A program made the translations under genes and the position numbers. This document shows, in pieces, positions 14,429 through 28,864 of a stretch of 64,000 nucleotides of DNA. Numbering within the stretch: position 1 is the first letter of the stretch; each line of letters opens with the position of its first letter. Under the pieces are notes generated by a model. That model did no database searches. It saw nothing but the letters and a program-made list of their open reading frames with translations, and was not told where the DNA came from. Source of the stretch: Octopus sinensis (taxonomy: Eukaryota); NCBI RefSeq assembly GCF_006345805.1, contig NC_043020.1, forward strand, positions 1,798,001-1,862,000. Reading direction: 5' to 3'.

Positions 14429-15060
14429 TACATTCAAGAAGTTTTTAGATATTTTTAGGAGAGACATTTATTAATTTCAAAGAAGTACAAAATTTTACCT
14501 CCTTCGAAGTTGGATTCTTTGACTTCACTGCGCTTGGTTTGGTTCACCAGGCCACTTCCTGAAGGCGCTGTGGAAGTCCTCCAAAGTGAAGGTGTGGAGG
14601 ACCTTGTCACAACTCCTTCATCTTCTTCAAATTAGGGAACAGTCAAAATCACAGGGAGCAAGGTCTGGGCTGTAAAGAAAGGGTAAAGGACAGTTTTGAT
14701 GCCCATTTCTGTCAAGAAGTTGCTTACCAGGATGGAACTGTGGACTGGTACATTGTCCTGGTGCGGGTGCACTAGCCCTTTGCGACGAAATCCTTTCACG
14801 GACTCCCTTAAAACATCCACAAAATAATCTTTGTTGATCGTCTGACCAGAGAGCTTCCTGCGGACGAAGATGATGTCCTTGCTGTCGAAAAAGGGGATTT
14901 TCATGAGCTTCTCAGTGGACATGCTTTGTCTGGCTTCTTGTGCCAGTAAAAAGTAGATGCTTTGTCCATGCACTTTAATCTATAAACAGTCTGGGGGCAT
15001 TTTATAAGTCTCTGAAGTGTTTTTGCCCAGTTTAACTCAAAACCTTATTGCATAACGAGC
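14429..15060 (-). mobile_element. Degenerate mariner transposase 3' half with TIR relic
   Basis: FFDSKDII, GQTINKDYFVDVL and HQDNVPVHSSILV (HHDNAPxH-like); terminus-like sequence near 14430. Confidence 0.85.
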
Positions 15061-15469
15061 TTCCATATTATCTTCACGTCCCGGCTGAATACACCAAAGT
15101 AATGAGCTGTGACAAGCAGCGTTTAGTGGAGTGTGTCTAAAGTACGGTTTCAGCTATCTCCTTCAACACAGAATAAACAAAGATTAGTCAGCTTATTAGA
15201 TGTGTACTACCACTATATTAAAATTAATTAATCTGCGACAGTTATAACACTTTCTCCAACCCAAAAATCTTCTGGAATACAAATCGTAACTACATCAGGT
15301 CTGTTCCGTTTACAGTTGGTAGAAATCTTGATGAGAATGTCTCACCAACATTCCTTTTATTGGTATGTCTATATTCAATGACAGAGCTGTTGTTTGTGTT
15401 TATGCCACAAAGAACAGAATTGCTTCTATTCTAGATTGTAATAATCCTTTGTAATAAAGGCACGAGACC

Positions 15470-15826
15470 CGAAATTTAAGAGGAATGGATTAATCGATTA
15501 CATCCACCCTAGTGTTTCACTGGTCCTTAGTTTATCGAATCCGAAAGGACGAGAGGCAAAGTTGACCTCGGCGGAATTTGAACTCAGAACGTAGCGGCGG
15601 GCGAAATACCTATTTCTTTACTACCCACAAGGGGCTAAACATAGAGGGGATAAACAAAGACAGACAAACGGATTAAGTCGATTACATCGACCCCAGTGCG
15701 TTACTGGTACTTATTTAAACGACCCCGAAAGGTTGAAAGGTAAAGTCGACATTGGCGAAATTCGAACTCAGAACGTAGTGCCAGACGAAATACCTATTTC
15801 TTTACTACCCACAAGGGGCTAAACAC
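15470..15826 (-). mobile_element. SINE family B head-to-tail multimer (184-bp period)
   Basis: CGAAATACCTATTTCTTTACTACCCACAAGGGGCTAAAC at 15602 and 15786. Confidence 0.8.
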
Positions 15827-16267
15827 GGAGATTTTCTCAAGAAGAATACCGCAAAGTGGTGACTTTCTACAGAATATCTACGTTAAGTAAGTTCTACTAA
15901 ATGCTGTTCTGAACTAACACCGCCTGCGTCGCTAATATCAAATTCTATTGTTGTTATTCAGATTGTTTCTGTTTCAGATTTTTGCTAAAATATGCTAGTC
16001 CATCAATAGCATGGTTGCATAGGAGGTCATCGGGAAGTGAGTACTTCACGATCGATCCACAGGATGCCAAGATGATATCTTATTCTATTGATTACTCTGA
16101 TTTTACATATAACTAAGATGTTATCTTAGTGACACACACGCGCATACACACACATGTATGTGTGTGTGTATACAATTATGTATATATTATACATATGTGT
16201 ATATATAATATTATATATATATATATAGTGACATGCATGTAAGCGCATACTTGTTAGTATGTATATT

Positions 16268-16318
<51 letters not shown>

Positions 16319-16662
16319 TATATATAATATATATATATACAAATATATACAAATATATAAACATATTCTGTGTTTAGCAAACATAGCCTTAGCAAACATA
16401 TTCTGTGTTTTGCTAGAAAGAAGCAGAAACCGCGGTTCGAGTTGTAAAAGTTATCGGTAAACGTTTTTGATTTTCACTCTCGATAAATTCATCCCCTTTT
16501 TGTGTTCCCAGCACTCGGCATCTTTATTTAGGAGCCCTTAATTGTATAACTACATGAATAATATTTTTCTATATGAATAATATTTTTGTCTTATGACTAA
16601 TTCGTCTTTTGTGCTGGGCACCTGGTAGTAAATAATATTACTACCCTTCTTGTTTATATTCG

Positions 16663-16693
<31 letters not shown>

Positions 16694-16768
16694 ATATATA
16701 TCTATATATATATATATAATATATATATATATATTATATATATATATATATATTGATATATATATATA

Positions 16769-16987
16769 TTTCTTTACTACCCACAAGGGGCTAAACACAG
16801 AGGGGACAGACAAACGGATTAAGACGATTATATCGACCCCAGTGTGTAACTGGTACTTAATTTATCGACCCCGAAAGGATGAAAGGCAAAGTCGCCCTCG
16901 GCGAAATTTGAACTCAGAACGTAACGGCAGACGAAATACCGCTTAGCATTTCGCCCGGCGTGCTAACGTTTCTGCCAGCTCGCCGCC
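16769..16987 (-). mobile_element. tRNA-headed SINE family B, full length
   Basis: GGCGGCGAGCTGGCAGAAACGTTAGC...GAGTTCAAATT head; relatives near 19316, 21547, 21784, 26840, 28880, 39780, 43690 and 53940. Confidence 0.88.
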
Positions 16988-17006
16988 TTATATTGATATA
17001 TATATA

Positions 17007-17400
17007 GGTGCATGCGTAGCTATGTGGTAAGGAGCTTATTTCCCAACCACATGGTTCTTGGTTCAGTCCCGCTGCGTGGTACCTTTGGCAAGTGTCTTCT
17101 ACTAAAGACACTGCCCAACCAAACACTTGTGAGTGGATCTGGTAGGCGGAAACTGAAAGAAGCCCGTCGTATATATGTATATATGTATATGTTAGTGTGT
17201 CTGTGTTTGTCGTTCCACGTTCGCTTGACAACCGATATCGGTGTGTTTACGTCCCTGTAACCTAGCGGTTCGGCAATAGAGAACGATAAGATAAGTAGTA
17301 GGCTTACAAAGAATAAGTCCTGGGGTCGATTTGTTCAACTAAAGGCGGTGCTCCAGCATAGCCGCAGTCAAATTACTGAAACAAGTAAAAGAATAGAAGA
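17007..17400 (+). mobile_element. SINE family A copy
   Basis: Collinear with 6936-7350. Confidence 0.85.
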
Positions 17401-17407
17401 ATATATA

Positions 17408-17962
17408 CAGGGTGCGTAAGATATTTGAGGAGAAATTTATGTTTATATATAAAAGAAACAGATATATAATAACAGATAACTTTATTGATAAAAAAATGCG
17501 ATGCGGATAAAAATAAAACATTTTCTTTAATGTTATGCAATAAAACCACTTTCAGCTTCAACAACTGCTTCTATATGAGATCTAAATCATCTACATGCTC
17601 GAATCAAGTGGTCCTGGTTCATTTTGGGCATTATTCTGACTATGGCAGCTTTCAAAGAATCTTTGCTATTATGGGTATGTTCATTGACCTCTCTCTCAAC
17701 AATGCTCCACATGTAACAATCCAATGGATTGAGATCTGGAGAATTAGGAGGCCAAATCTTAAGGGTTATTGATCAAGGAAATTGTCAGCCATCCATTCCT
17801 TTGTTACTAGAGCCATATGAAATAGGGCAGAGTCTTACTGAAACACATATGGCCTTACATGGCATACACTCTCTATCCAGGGCTTAGCAATTATTTCCAG
17901 GACCTCAATGTAGGCGGCAGAGCTAACTCTAAGGACTTTTGGAAAGAAGTAAGGAGGCATCA
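17408..17962 (-). mobile_element. DD37D (maT-like) Tc1/mariner transposase 3' fragment with CAGGGTG terminus
   Basis: MPPYFF..RVSSAAYIEVL..YVFQ*DSA..WPPNSPDLNPLD..; 37 residues between the last two Asp after correcting one frameshift; TA then CAGGGTG at 17406-17414. Confidence 0.8.
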
Positions 17963-19759
17963 AATAAGGAGATCTACACAAGTAAAGATCTGTTGATTTT
18001 AAAATGAGGGTTCGAGTTCTTCAGTTTTGGATTTAATGTGTACAGTACACTTTACCAAAGACAGATCAACCCTGTCGCAGAAAATTGCTATCAGAAGAAT
18101 CACAGAAAATGCCGAATCTCCAAATAAAAAAGCATGAATTGTATTTGAGGATTTCTCCAAGGCATTTAATAGTAGCAATGGCCTTGTAGTCTATCCTGTT
18201 AAGAAACGGTGTCCCAAAGAGTTTATCAAAGCAAAAGTCCATTTGTGCAAAGCACAGCCGATCCGGTTAAAGTGTTTTCAAGAGTATGGGATTTGAACTT
18301 ACAGACACACGAACGCATAGATAACTTAAAAGACAGATGGAGAGATAAATAGATAGATAGACAGACAGACAGATAAGCTATTGATTGAGATAGAGAGGAG
18401 AAACGAGAAATATTGGGAATGGAGGTGAGAAGAATGATACGATCCGGATTGTAATAGAAACGGCTATGACACAACAGAAAAAGTACATGCACACACACAC
18501 ACACACACACCAACAAACACACACACGACACAAAATAATGAAAATAAAAAAAACATACAACCAAAAAAAAAAAAGAAAAAATATCCGAAGCGAAACAACA
18601 AAAATCAACCGAAATGAAGAATATAAAATGTACCGAAACGAATAAATTTTTACTGAATGATGATTTCTTTAGTGAAGGTAATGGATTTTAGAAGGATACG
18701 GATGGGGGTGGGGTACGCTCACGTTAGCTGCGACGAGTGCTAATGAGGATGATGGTGATGAGGCTGATGATGATGAGTGAGGCTGATGATGATGATAGCG
18801 ATGCCTGAAAGTAATAAATAATGTTTGAATTTAACGCTTTTTTTTTTATCTGCCTGATATCAGCGGTAAATGAACCGTATCATATTTCAAGTGAATGACT
18901 TTCGAGAAATGTTGTAGGTGTGGAGGGAAGGTGTCGGGTTTAGATAATAATTAAATAGTGTAAATAAATAAATGAATCAATACAAGAAATCAATTTATTC
19001 TTTACGACTATTAGCGGCCATGTTCACCTCGGCCATGTCTTCTTCATGTTTCAGTATTGATTTTTAACTTTGGCACAACACCACATAATTGCAGAGGAGA
19101 GAGGGGAGAGCTGGTTCAAAATGGCTGCAGTACTTGACTGGTAGTTTTATATCTATCGACCCTTCTCCACCCAGAATGATAAAATGGAAAGTCGATGAAC
19201 TTAGCACGATTTGAACTCAGGACGTAAAGGGTTGTAGATTTAGAAATATTAATAATATTGGAAGGTGGGAATTAAATGATTAAATCGACCTCAGTATTTT
19301 ATTGGTACTTTGCAAGGCGGTGAGCAGGCGGAAACGTTAGCACGGCGGGTAAAATGCTTACAGGTATTTCGTCTGCCGCTTTGTTCTGAGTTCAAATTCC
19401 ACCGAGGTCAACTTTGCTTTTCATCATTTCGGGGTCGATAAATTAAGTACCAGTTACACAAACGTTAGCACGCCGGGCAAAATGCTTACCGGTATTTCGT
19501 CAGCCAAACACACACACACACACATATGCACGCACACATACACACAAACACACATGAGGGTGTCCGGCTTCAACACAGTTTCCATCAACCAAGTTCACAT
19601 ACAAGGTATCAGCCGATTCGGAGCTACAGTAGAAGACACTTGCCCATAGTGCCGCTTACTGGAACTGAACCTAAAACTATGTGGTTGCAAAGCGATCTCC
19701 ATAACGACGGAGCCATGCCTTCGCCAACAGGTGTAATGTGGTGTTGAAGGTGACATTGA

Positions 19760-20130
19760 TTTTCAGAGAGATTTGGCTGGTATTTCTAGCAGTTTCATTG
19801 ACTACATTGAAACCACCTCCGCGGGTTTCGACTGTAGGTTTCAAGCCGCGTGGTGCATTAGATCTACTTGTTATAGGTTCCGTACTTCTAATTAACCGAT
19901 GCGTTCCACAGGGGCCAGGTTCCCCCACTTCTTTTGTTCGTCGCACTATTTGAAGATAATGCTTCCGGTCGTGTTCTCCAACGATAATTAAAGGTTATAT
20001 GACGTTTCCACTGAATGAAGGTTTACAGCCAATCAATTCGAAAGAATATGAAATTGGCGAGCGAAGGTTTAATGGTTTCCATGGCGTCGTTAGCAAACTG
20101 ATGGATCCTTCTTTGAGTTAATTAACTCTA
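19760..20130 (-). mobile_element. Possible highly decayed Penelope-like C-terminal relic
   Basis: Weak ITFNYRW-like text followed by GCTTGAAAC..GTCGAAAC; many stops. Confidence 0.3.
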
Positions 20131-22500
20131 ATGCAGCCCCATTAGTCTAGGAGCAGGTATGGCTGTGTGATTGGGTGTATGGGCGCTGACGTGGCAGCAT
20201 GATAAACGGTGTTGCCGATGTCACTGTATTGGTATCTTTTAGCTTTCGTCTTTTACTTTTTAGTCTTTAGACAGCGGCCAATCCGGAGCACTGCCTCGAA
20301 GAATTTTAGTCGAACGAATCGACTCCAGTAGTTACTTTCTTTTATAAGCCTGGTATTTGTTCTATCGGTCTCTATTGCAGAACTGCTAAGTTACGAGGAC
20401 ATAACCACTTCAACACTGGTTTACAAGCGTTGGTAGGCGACAAACACAAACAAAAAGACACATACACAGCTGATGTTTTTTCCCTCACGTCATCGTAACT
20501 TAGCGTTTCGACAAAAGAAACTGGTAGAATAAGAATAAGCTAAACTATTCAAAACGGTGCCCCAACGTAGTTGCAGCCCAGTGACTGAAGTAACCAAATG
20601 ATGAAAGATGAAAAATAAAAATAAAAGTGAAAGATGAAAGATGAAGAGGGATTAAGAAACTTGCTATAAAACTTTGACGCTCCGGCATCACAAAGATTTA
20701 ATCTAATTGTCATTCTAGTTAAAAGTGCATGTCTCGGAGAGATGGTTGCGGTGGATCACTGATTGTTCACGAATGCAGATATCAGTGCCATGTTCTTATT
20801 AGTATTCATTAGATGACAGAAACAGTGGAACTATGAACAAAATGCCGTTGTAGTTTTTCTGAACCAAATTAACTCCAAAATGACCCAGAATAATAACGTC
20901 ATCTTGTTGACGTCATTTCGATGGAGATTCAATTAATGGCGTAGAAACAGCCTGGAGAAGAAATAAATTTAGAAAGCAGATAATCACACTTGAGAGATTC
21001 GAGACGACGAACGAAGCAATTATGCGTCATGCAGCTTGCTAGAAACAACAGCCAGATCTTCTTAAAGTCATTCATTCTGCCGCATTAAAACATTGGACAG
21101 AATAGGCCAACGAGACAGCTGTTACATGGTCGTTCGTCCCTTAAATTACACCCTAACGTCCAGAAAGGAGACAGACCTGTCAGAAAATGAAATCCTTGAT
21201 AAAAGAGCATTACATTATCTAATAAAGGCGATGGTCATGGTTGGTATATCGATCTAGGTGTAAACAACATCAAAATTAAAAACATTTTGTTTGTTGAAAT
21301 GGTCGCGATAAACATACCATTAATCATAAATCTGATTGATTCGTCAGGGCTGATGTGAGACTACAATACACGACAAGTAAGAACATATTTCGTCTGACAG
21401 CGGGATGGTCACGGCAAGAACGTTATGTCCAGTCTCTCAGTTCAGTCAGAACTGACCTAGGACTACACAACAGTGAATAAGTGAAATCATCACTTAACTG
21501 GAGAAAGAAAACAGCTGGCCCTTTTTCATATGTAAATTAACCTTAAGGGGGCGTGTTGGCAGAATCGTTAGCACGCCGGGAGAATGTGCTTAGCAGCATT
21601 TCGTTCTCCTTTATGCTCTGAGTTCGAATTCCGCCGAGGTTGACTTTGCATTTCATCCTTATGGGGTCGATAAAACAAGTACCAGTTGAGCACTGGGGTC
21701 GATGTAATCGACTAGCTCCCCCATCCCCCAGGAACTGCAGGTCGTGTGTCAAAATTTGAAGCCAATATGTAAATTAACTTTTGGGCGGCGAGATAGCAGA
21801 GTCGTTAGCACGCCGAGAACATTTCGTCCGCCTTTACGCCCTGAGTTCAAACTCCACAGAGGTCGACTGAGCTTTTCGTCCTTTCGGGGTCGATAAAACA
21901 AATACCAGTCAAGCACCGAGGTCGATATAATGGGCTTACCCTCTCCGCTGAAACGGTTGGCCTTGTGTCAATATTTGAAGCCAAATAAATTCATCAATAG
22001 ATCAAGTTTTGTAGTGTTTTAATTTACAAATTAATTATTATTTGAGTCGTCTGAAACAAGGAAGACTTAGAAATGTGAACCAATAATTCGTTCCGTATGT
22101 TTAGTTTCGAAAACTCAAACAGCCCTCTGGTTTCTGCATTTCCTGTCAACCGTCCGTTAAATAGATGAGATACCTACCAATAATATAGTTCATAATTGAT
22201 TCTATCGAATATGCCCTTACGCTAAAAGCGAACTGATTTGGCTTTGTCATTAGCAGAAACCATTGTAAGTTATATCTAGCGATGGCCTAAGAAGACGAAT
22301 GATATATTGTATCACGCCTTTCATCTTGTACTTGATGCAGTCATTACCCTGCGGCCATGGCGAAACACCGCCCGAAAGGATTTTAATCGACCAGATGGAT
22401 CCAAGAATTTATTTTTAAGTTCCATCGTTGTCTTTTGCCAAACCTCGTTTGCCGAAACACACAGTTGCTCCCGAAGTGAGAATAAACACAGGATCGGTGA

Positions 22501-22901
22501 GTTCCATTTTAACGAAGGATTTGTGCATGCCGTGACTCACGACTAAATTCCTCCACAAGGGGCTGGCAGAACTGCGGAAGCAACTCCGCATGAAAATCAC
22601 TTAGAACATGTTGGACTATCCAAATCCCAACCCACACTTCTTGAAGACCATCAGCACTGGTGAGAAGACATGGGTTTATGGTCGATGCACGATGCGTTCG
22701 GTCATCCTGCGTGAAAACCAAAATCCGACGAGCGCACACCACATAACAGCGAAGAAATGATGCGGCCTAACCGCGCGAAAATTTTCACGCATGCGCAGGA
22801 TGGGGAGTTGTCCTCATTTTCCATGCAAAGGATTCGCCCATCCCGGCATTAGTTTTGCCGGAAAATTAAGTCTTTGGTTTCTTTTTGAAACGAACCTCGT
22901 A
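22501..22901 (+). mobile_element. Internally rearranged mariner relic
   Basis: ILTKDLCMP*LTTKF..FLKTISTGEKTWVYG (WVPxxL-to-GDETW region) joined to a terminus ending GAACCTCGTA. Confidence 0.8.
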
Positions 22902-22923
22902 TATACATACATACATACATACA

Positions 22924-22957
<34 letters not shown>

Positions 22958-23439
22958 CATACATACTACATACATACAAACATACATACATGTATATATA
23001 TATATATGTATATGTATATATAAGTGTAGGTGTGTGTCTGTGTCTGTAAGTCTACGTACGTGTGTATGTATGAATATATATAAATCTATATGTGTGGCTT
23101 TGTGTTTGTGTTTGTATTTGTATTTGTTCTTTGAAACCGCTTGACAACTAGTGTTGGTTGGTTTACGGCCCCTTAATCTAGTAGTTTAGCAAAAGAGACC
23201 AATGGAATATGTCCTAAACTTTCAAAGATATATACATCGAACGGCCTCCTGTTCGAACGTTGGTATTCACTTCTCCTTTATAGCCACAGGCACGGCTGTG
23301 TGGTAAAAAGTTTTCTTCCCAACAACATGGTTCCAGGTTCTATCCCATTACGTAGCAACTTGCACCAGTGTCTTCTATTATAACTGCGGGCTGACCAAAG
23401 CCTTCTGAGTGGATGCCCAAAGCCTTCTGAGAGGCATTA

Positions 23440-23605
23440 CTTCACAGAAGTTCCAGCTCTACTTTGAACAATGGAAAAAATATCTGGACCAATGCATTTG
23501 CTTCAAATGGGGAATACTTTGAAGGCAAAAAAAGTGTAAATGTGTAAAACTAAGCGAATAAAATAATATTGCAAAATTCCAGTTTCTCTTGGATACCACC
23601 TCGTA
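23440..23605 (+). mobile_element. Mariner 3' end
   Basis: FQLYFEQWKKYLDQCI/ASNGEYFEG followed by a terminus ending CACCTCGTA. Confidence 0.8.
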
Positions 23606-23973
23606 GATAATACTACCTGAACAGATATTATTTAGAAAGTTTTAAACATGAGTAAATATTTCTGGACACTATGTATGTATGTGTATATATGGATGTGTGT
23701 GTGGATGTATATGAGTATGTCTATATCTTTATATCTTCATCTATATGTGCGTATATGTATGTATGTGTGTGTTTGTGTGTATGTGACTCAGTCTCAGACA
23801 TTTTGTCATTATTTTTGTCGTTGTTTTTATAAACTTCAGTTATGATAATGTAGGAAAAAACAATCTAAATGTAAATCAGAATCAGTTTTGTGGTTGAACA
23901 TTAATTCCTTTTTAAAGCAGAACGATTAAAGCCACACACTTATGCACAGATAGTGTATATATGTATGTATGTA

Positions 23974-23977
<4 letters not shown>

Positions 23978-24037
<60 letters not shown>

Positions 24038-24051
24038 ATATATATCTATAT

Positions 24052-24115
<64 letters not shown>

Positions 24116-24140
24116 TATATTATATATATAATATAATATA

Positions 24141-24186
<46 letters not shown>

Positions 24187-24276
24187 ATATATATATATAT
24201 ATATTATATATTTCTCTCTCGCTCTCTCTCTAATATATATATATTTCTATTTCTCTCTCGCTCTCTCTCTCTAATA

Positions 24277-24317
<41 letters not shown>

Positions 24318-24388
24318 TATATACATATTTATATATATATATATATACATATATATATTTCTATATATACACGTATATATCTATATGT

Positions 24389-24425
<37 letters not shown>

Positions 24426-24449
24426 ATCTATCTATTTATCTATCTATCT

Positions 24450-24543
<94 letters not shown>

Positions 24544-24560
24544 TATATATATATATATCT
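23978..24560. repeat. Long (TA)n/(TC)n/(TATC)n compound microsatellite
   Basis: Direct reading. Confidence 0.95.
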
Positions 24561-24964
24561 TTATAATCTAAATAATTGTTAAATACGAATAAAATATGCA
24601 TTCTTAAGCTAGCACCATGACGAGTGTCGTGAAACTGAAGACATATTAATGACAGACAATGGCGCATCCATAAAAAGCGATGGGCGACAGTATTGGCAAG
24701 TTTTACTTAACACAAAAATCAATATATGTAATACGTGTGCTAAAATACATACATACATACATACATACATACATGGTGGCTGCCCCCTCGTTATCAAGTA
24801 TGGCCATTGCACGAAGCTTAATCAAGGTTGTTATCGTGCAATGCCTGTGCAAGAAGATTTTTTATAAAGTGAGGAAAGGCTGTGCACTGAGTCAATCCCA
24901 CTCACTAAGCAACAGCAGCCATAATCCGAAAAGAAGAACAAGTCAACATCATCGGTAACCACTG

Positions 24965-25330
24965 AGCCGCAGGTTTTATTTCGGAGTTATCCCAGTTACC
25001 TGAGTTACCTTCTCCTAGAAGGATGCCCTAACAAAAGCTAGGAGTCCTTCACTCCCAATGGTTTCACCGCACGATCGGGTATTCAGTCCGATTATTTCTA
25101 TGTCCCCGCGCATGATACATCCTTAAGACATTTATTGGATGGCCGTTGACTCTCAAGAGTTCCTCCGCCCTTTGACGGGCTTTGTTTTTCATCCGGCAGG
25201 GTAACCATTAAACACCCTCCTCACCAAGCAAGCTTAGTGGGGTTGCCGGTTTAGTCGCCGACGACCCGACCATGCAACAGGTTGTACTGGGTTACATGTT
25301 ACCAGTAGCATTCAAAAGTGACCTGACATA
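24965..25330 (-). mobile_element. Unclassified retroelement-like interspersed fragment
   Basis: GC-richer block ending at (TACA)n; class not resolved. Confidence 0.3.
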
Positions 25331-26170
25331 ACATACATACATACAATCAAGCATACATACATACAATCAAGCATACATACATACATACAAACATACATAC
25401 ATACATAAATATATATGTATGTATACATATATGCATATAGTGAAAACTACTTACACATTTTAAGCTATTGAAATCGTTCTTCTATGATTTACTTTGTAAA
25501 GCTTTCACCACGAGCTCTCAATCGACACGAGTTCTCAATACTGGAGGGAGCCATTCTGTTTACTTACTATATTCCAATTGTTCATGGTGTCTTTTATTTT
25601 TTTCATAATGCTCAGTTAATATTTTACTAATGTTTTACACATGCGTGCGCACACACGCTCACACACACACTCAGGCATGTTTTGTCCATCATAAATTTCT
25701 ATGCATTTTCCTTCTTTGTGTATCGTTTATATATTATTATATACTATTATATATTGTTAAATTTATACAACTTTTATGTGAAAATGCTTTTATTACTAAG
25801 CGTTTGTTTATCGCTTGCTTCTTTCATTTAATCATTCAATATTTTCAACTTCAGCCAACTTTTTATCTGTAACTCAATTTTATTCTTTGATTCTCACTTT
25901 CCTACGAAGATGTTGTCTTGTCAACATGACGAATGTTATACCGTCTGTACTTGTGCGTGCTCGTGAAATTATGTCTATCGTCTTGAGCACGTGAATTTCC
26001 ATCATATGAACTCAGCTAGCAACGTTTTTTGGGGTTTTTTTAAAAATTAAAAACTATGAAACTAAATGAAAATGTATCCCTTACAAAATTTACGACAAAA
26101 TTTTCTAGATTCATTTCGATCAAAATACCTGCTATTTAAGCCAATGCGAAAATACGACTACAGTTCTCTG

Positions 26171-26300
26171 TTATTAGCTCCGCCTTAGAGAAGGCGGGGG
26201 TATTGTTTTCAGTTGTATTTGTTTATTTATTTGTCCGCTAGATGGACTCGGATGAAACTTTCAAGGATGTTTGGCCTCGTGACTAGTACGAACTGATCAC
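26171..26300 (+). mobile_element. Possible Helentron-associated (HINE-like) element end
   Basis: TTATTAGCTCCGCC-TTAGAGAA-GGCGGGGTATTGTTTTC hairpin, then a TTGT/CTGT-type microsatellite. Confidence 0.4.
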
Positions 26301-26362
26301 GTGTGTGTGTGTGTGTGCGTGTGTGTATGTGTAGATAGCTAGACAGACAGGCATATAGATAA

Positions 26363-26395
<33 letters not shown>

Positions 26396-26492
26396 GAAAG
26401 AGAGAGACAGACAGACAGAGAGACAGAGAGACAGACAGAAAGACAGGCAGGCAGGCAGGCAGGCAAGCAGACAGACAGACAGACAGACAGAC

Positions 26493-26554
<62 letters not shown>

Positions 26555-27887
26555 GTAGGTATTAGGTAGGTAGGTAGGTAGGTAGGTAGGTAGATAGAAA
26601 ATTAGAATGGTTTTAATATTTTTTGAAATTTAAAACATATATTCTGATTCAGTTTTACGAAAAATCCTTCCTTCTATTAACATGGACTAGATATCATATA
26701 CATATACAAATATCCGTTTTCTTCTTTTTTGGGGTATGAACCATTTCTGTCTGTGCGTCCGTCTTCAAGGCGAGCTTTATGCAATACAATGGAATACAAT
26801 GTAGATACACAGTAAAAATATTGATTTCAAATTTGGGTCCAAGCCAGCATTTTCGGAGACGATACTAGTCGATTCCATAAACTGTTACTTATTTCATCAC
26901 CCCCAAAAGGGATGAGAAGCAAAGTCGACCTCGACGAAATTTGAACTCAGAACTTAAAACTGGACAAAATGCCGCTTAGCATTTTGCCTGGCGCGCTAAA
27001 GATTTTGCTTGCTCGCCTTGCTTATCCGTGGTAAATATATTGATATTTTTATTCATCATGTATACACATTGTACACCTTGGCTGTAGCCTTCATTTTTCA
27101 GGAGCGTTCTATACTGATTGTGTAGCTAATGTTTCCGTTCATGTATCGTGAGTGTATGAAAAAAATAAGTGTGTTAAAGGTTATTATTTTATTTATAAGT
27201 AATACAATCAAACTATTGTTTTCATTCTAAATGCAATAGAGAGAATAAGAAACAAAGAAAAAAAAAACAAAGCAAAACAAAAAAATAGAAATGTAGAGAC
27301 AAAGAAAATTAATATTAACATTCAGTAATACAACTCTATCAAAATTTTTCTTCAACTGTCAAGGCCAATGCAATTATTGAAATTTAAATTCAGTTGGTAT
27401 AGAAATATGGGAATGATTTCGCTTTCAGGCTTTCGGAGATTTTCCTTTTGCTAGACTCAGTAAATTTTTGTCGTACTTGTGTCTCGAGGACGACGAGCTG
27501 GTGATACACGTATATTGTATTGTAATGTAAATGAATGACAAAAATAACGAGAAAAGTAAAAATAAAAATAAATTAAAAAAAAAAGGAAATAGTTTCTAAG
27601 AACTGAATTATAACTTTGAAAGACAGCTTTTTCCTTGGGCAAATGAAAAACCATGGATCGAGTATTTCATTATTTCTACTTCATTTTATCCGTAAATATT
27701 CTTCTCCTTCTGTTCCTCCCTCTGTCTCTCTTTTCATTACTCTCTCCTTACTTAATTTAGAATGACAATTATGACATCAAGGTAACAATCTTAAATAATA
27801 TAACCAATATGAAAACACAAAGCTTTGAAAAACGTTATGCGTACATATCTACCTACATACCTACATTTATAAATATATGCCTACATA

Positions 27888-28189
27888 TCACCGTCACCGA
27901 CCAGGCTATCAGATGTTACTACACATCGCTGGTCACAATGCGCTTCGCATTGTTTTAGCCTTCAAATGATGCCACCCCGCTGGCTAAGCGAGCAGGCCAA
28001 CAGAAGAAAGAGTGAGAGAAAATAGTGGCGAAAGAGTACAGCAGGTTTTACCATCACCCCTTGCCGGAGCCTCGTGGAGCTTTAGGTGTTTTCGCTCAAT
28101 AACACTCACAACGCCCGGTCTGGAAATCAAAACTACGATCCTACGACTGTGAGTCCGCTGCCCTAACCACTGGGCCATTGTGCCTCCAC
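27888..28189 (-). mobile_element. tRNA-headed SINE family E, tail type 1
   Basis: GGCACAATGGCCCAGTGGTTAGGGCAGCGGACTC head shared with 59163-59470. Confidence 0.8.
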
Positions 28190-28829
28190 ATGTATACATA
28201 TATATGCATAGATATATATGTATACATTGATACCCATACTCAGGCATGTAGGCAGGCATATGTATATGTATATATGTATATATATGTATATATACGGCAA
28301 CAGCACACTCAAGCTCACAAAATATAGAATGTAAGTGACACACGGTCACTAATCTTGCAACAAACAAATTAGCTAGCTGAGAAAATCTTTGATAGTAACT
28401 AGACTGAGAAGGAACGTTTATGGTAACTTAAACATGGCCGTTCCCTAGGAACCACGTTACTGTTATTTTTAACCCCAGGAGGACGCCTCCTCTAGCTGCT
28501 TATTCAATGCAATCTGCATCCGAAAACTGTGTTATTTTTGTATTAATTCTTGAATGGAGTGGCATAGAAGTATGATCTAACGAAGGACATGTTTAACTTA
28601 CCTGAAGATGCTGATAGTGTTAGTGATGTTTTGTTCAGGTAAAAGTACGTGTGCATTCATTATTATTTTATTTATTTTATTCAACTCTAGAACATTGAAG
28701 CTCGTTTCCGACAGTTCCAGAGGGTGTTGAACTTATAATGTGCGTGACTTTTAGCCCAACCCCTGTATATAATACATATATATACATGCATGTATGTATG
28801 TATACATGTGTGTTTATATATATATATAT

Positions 28830-28864
<35 letters not shown>

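Noticed and set aside
20913-20951. Possible terminal exon AVSTPLIESPSK* after a strong acceptor
   Set aside because: It is 10 kb from the TM exon, has no homology support and no clear poly(A) signal; left unassigned.
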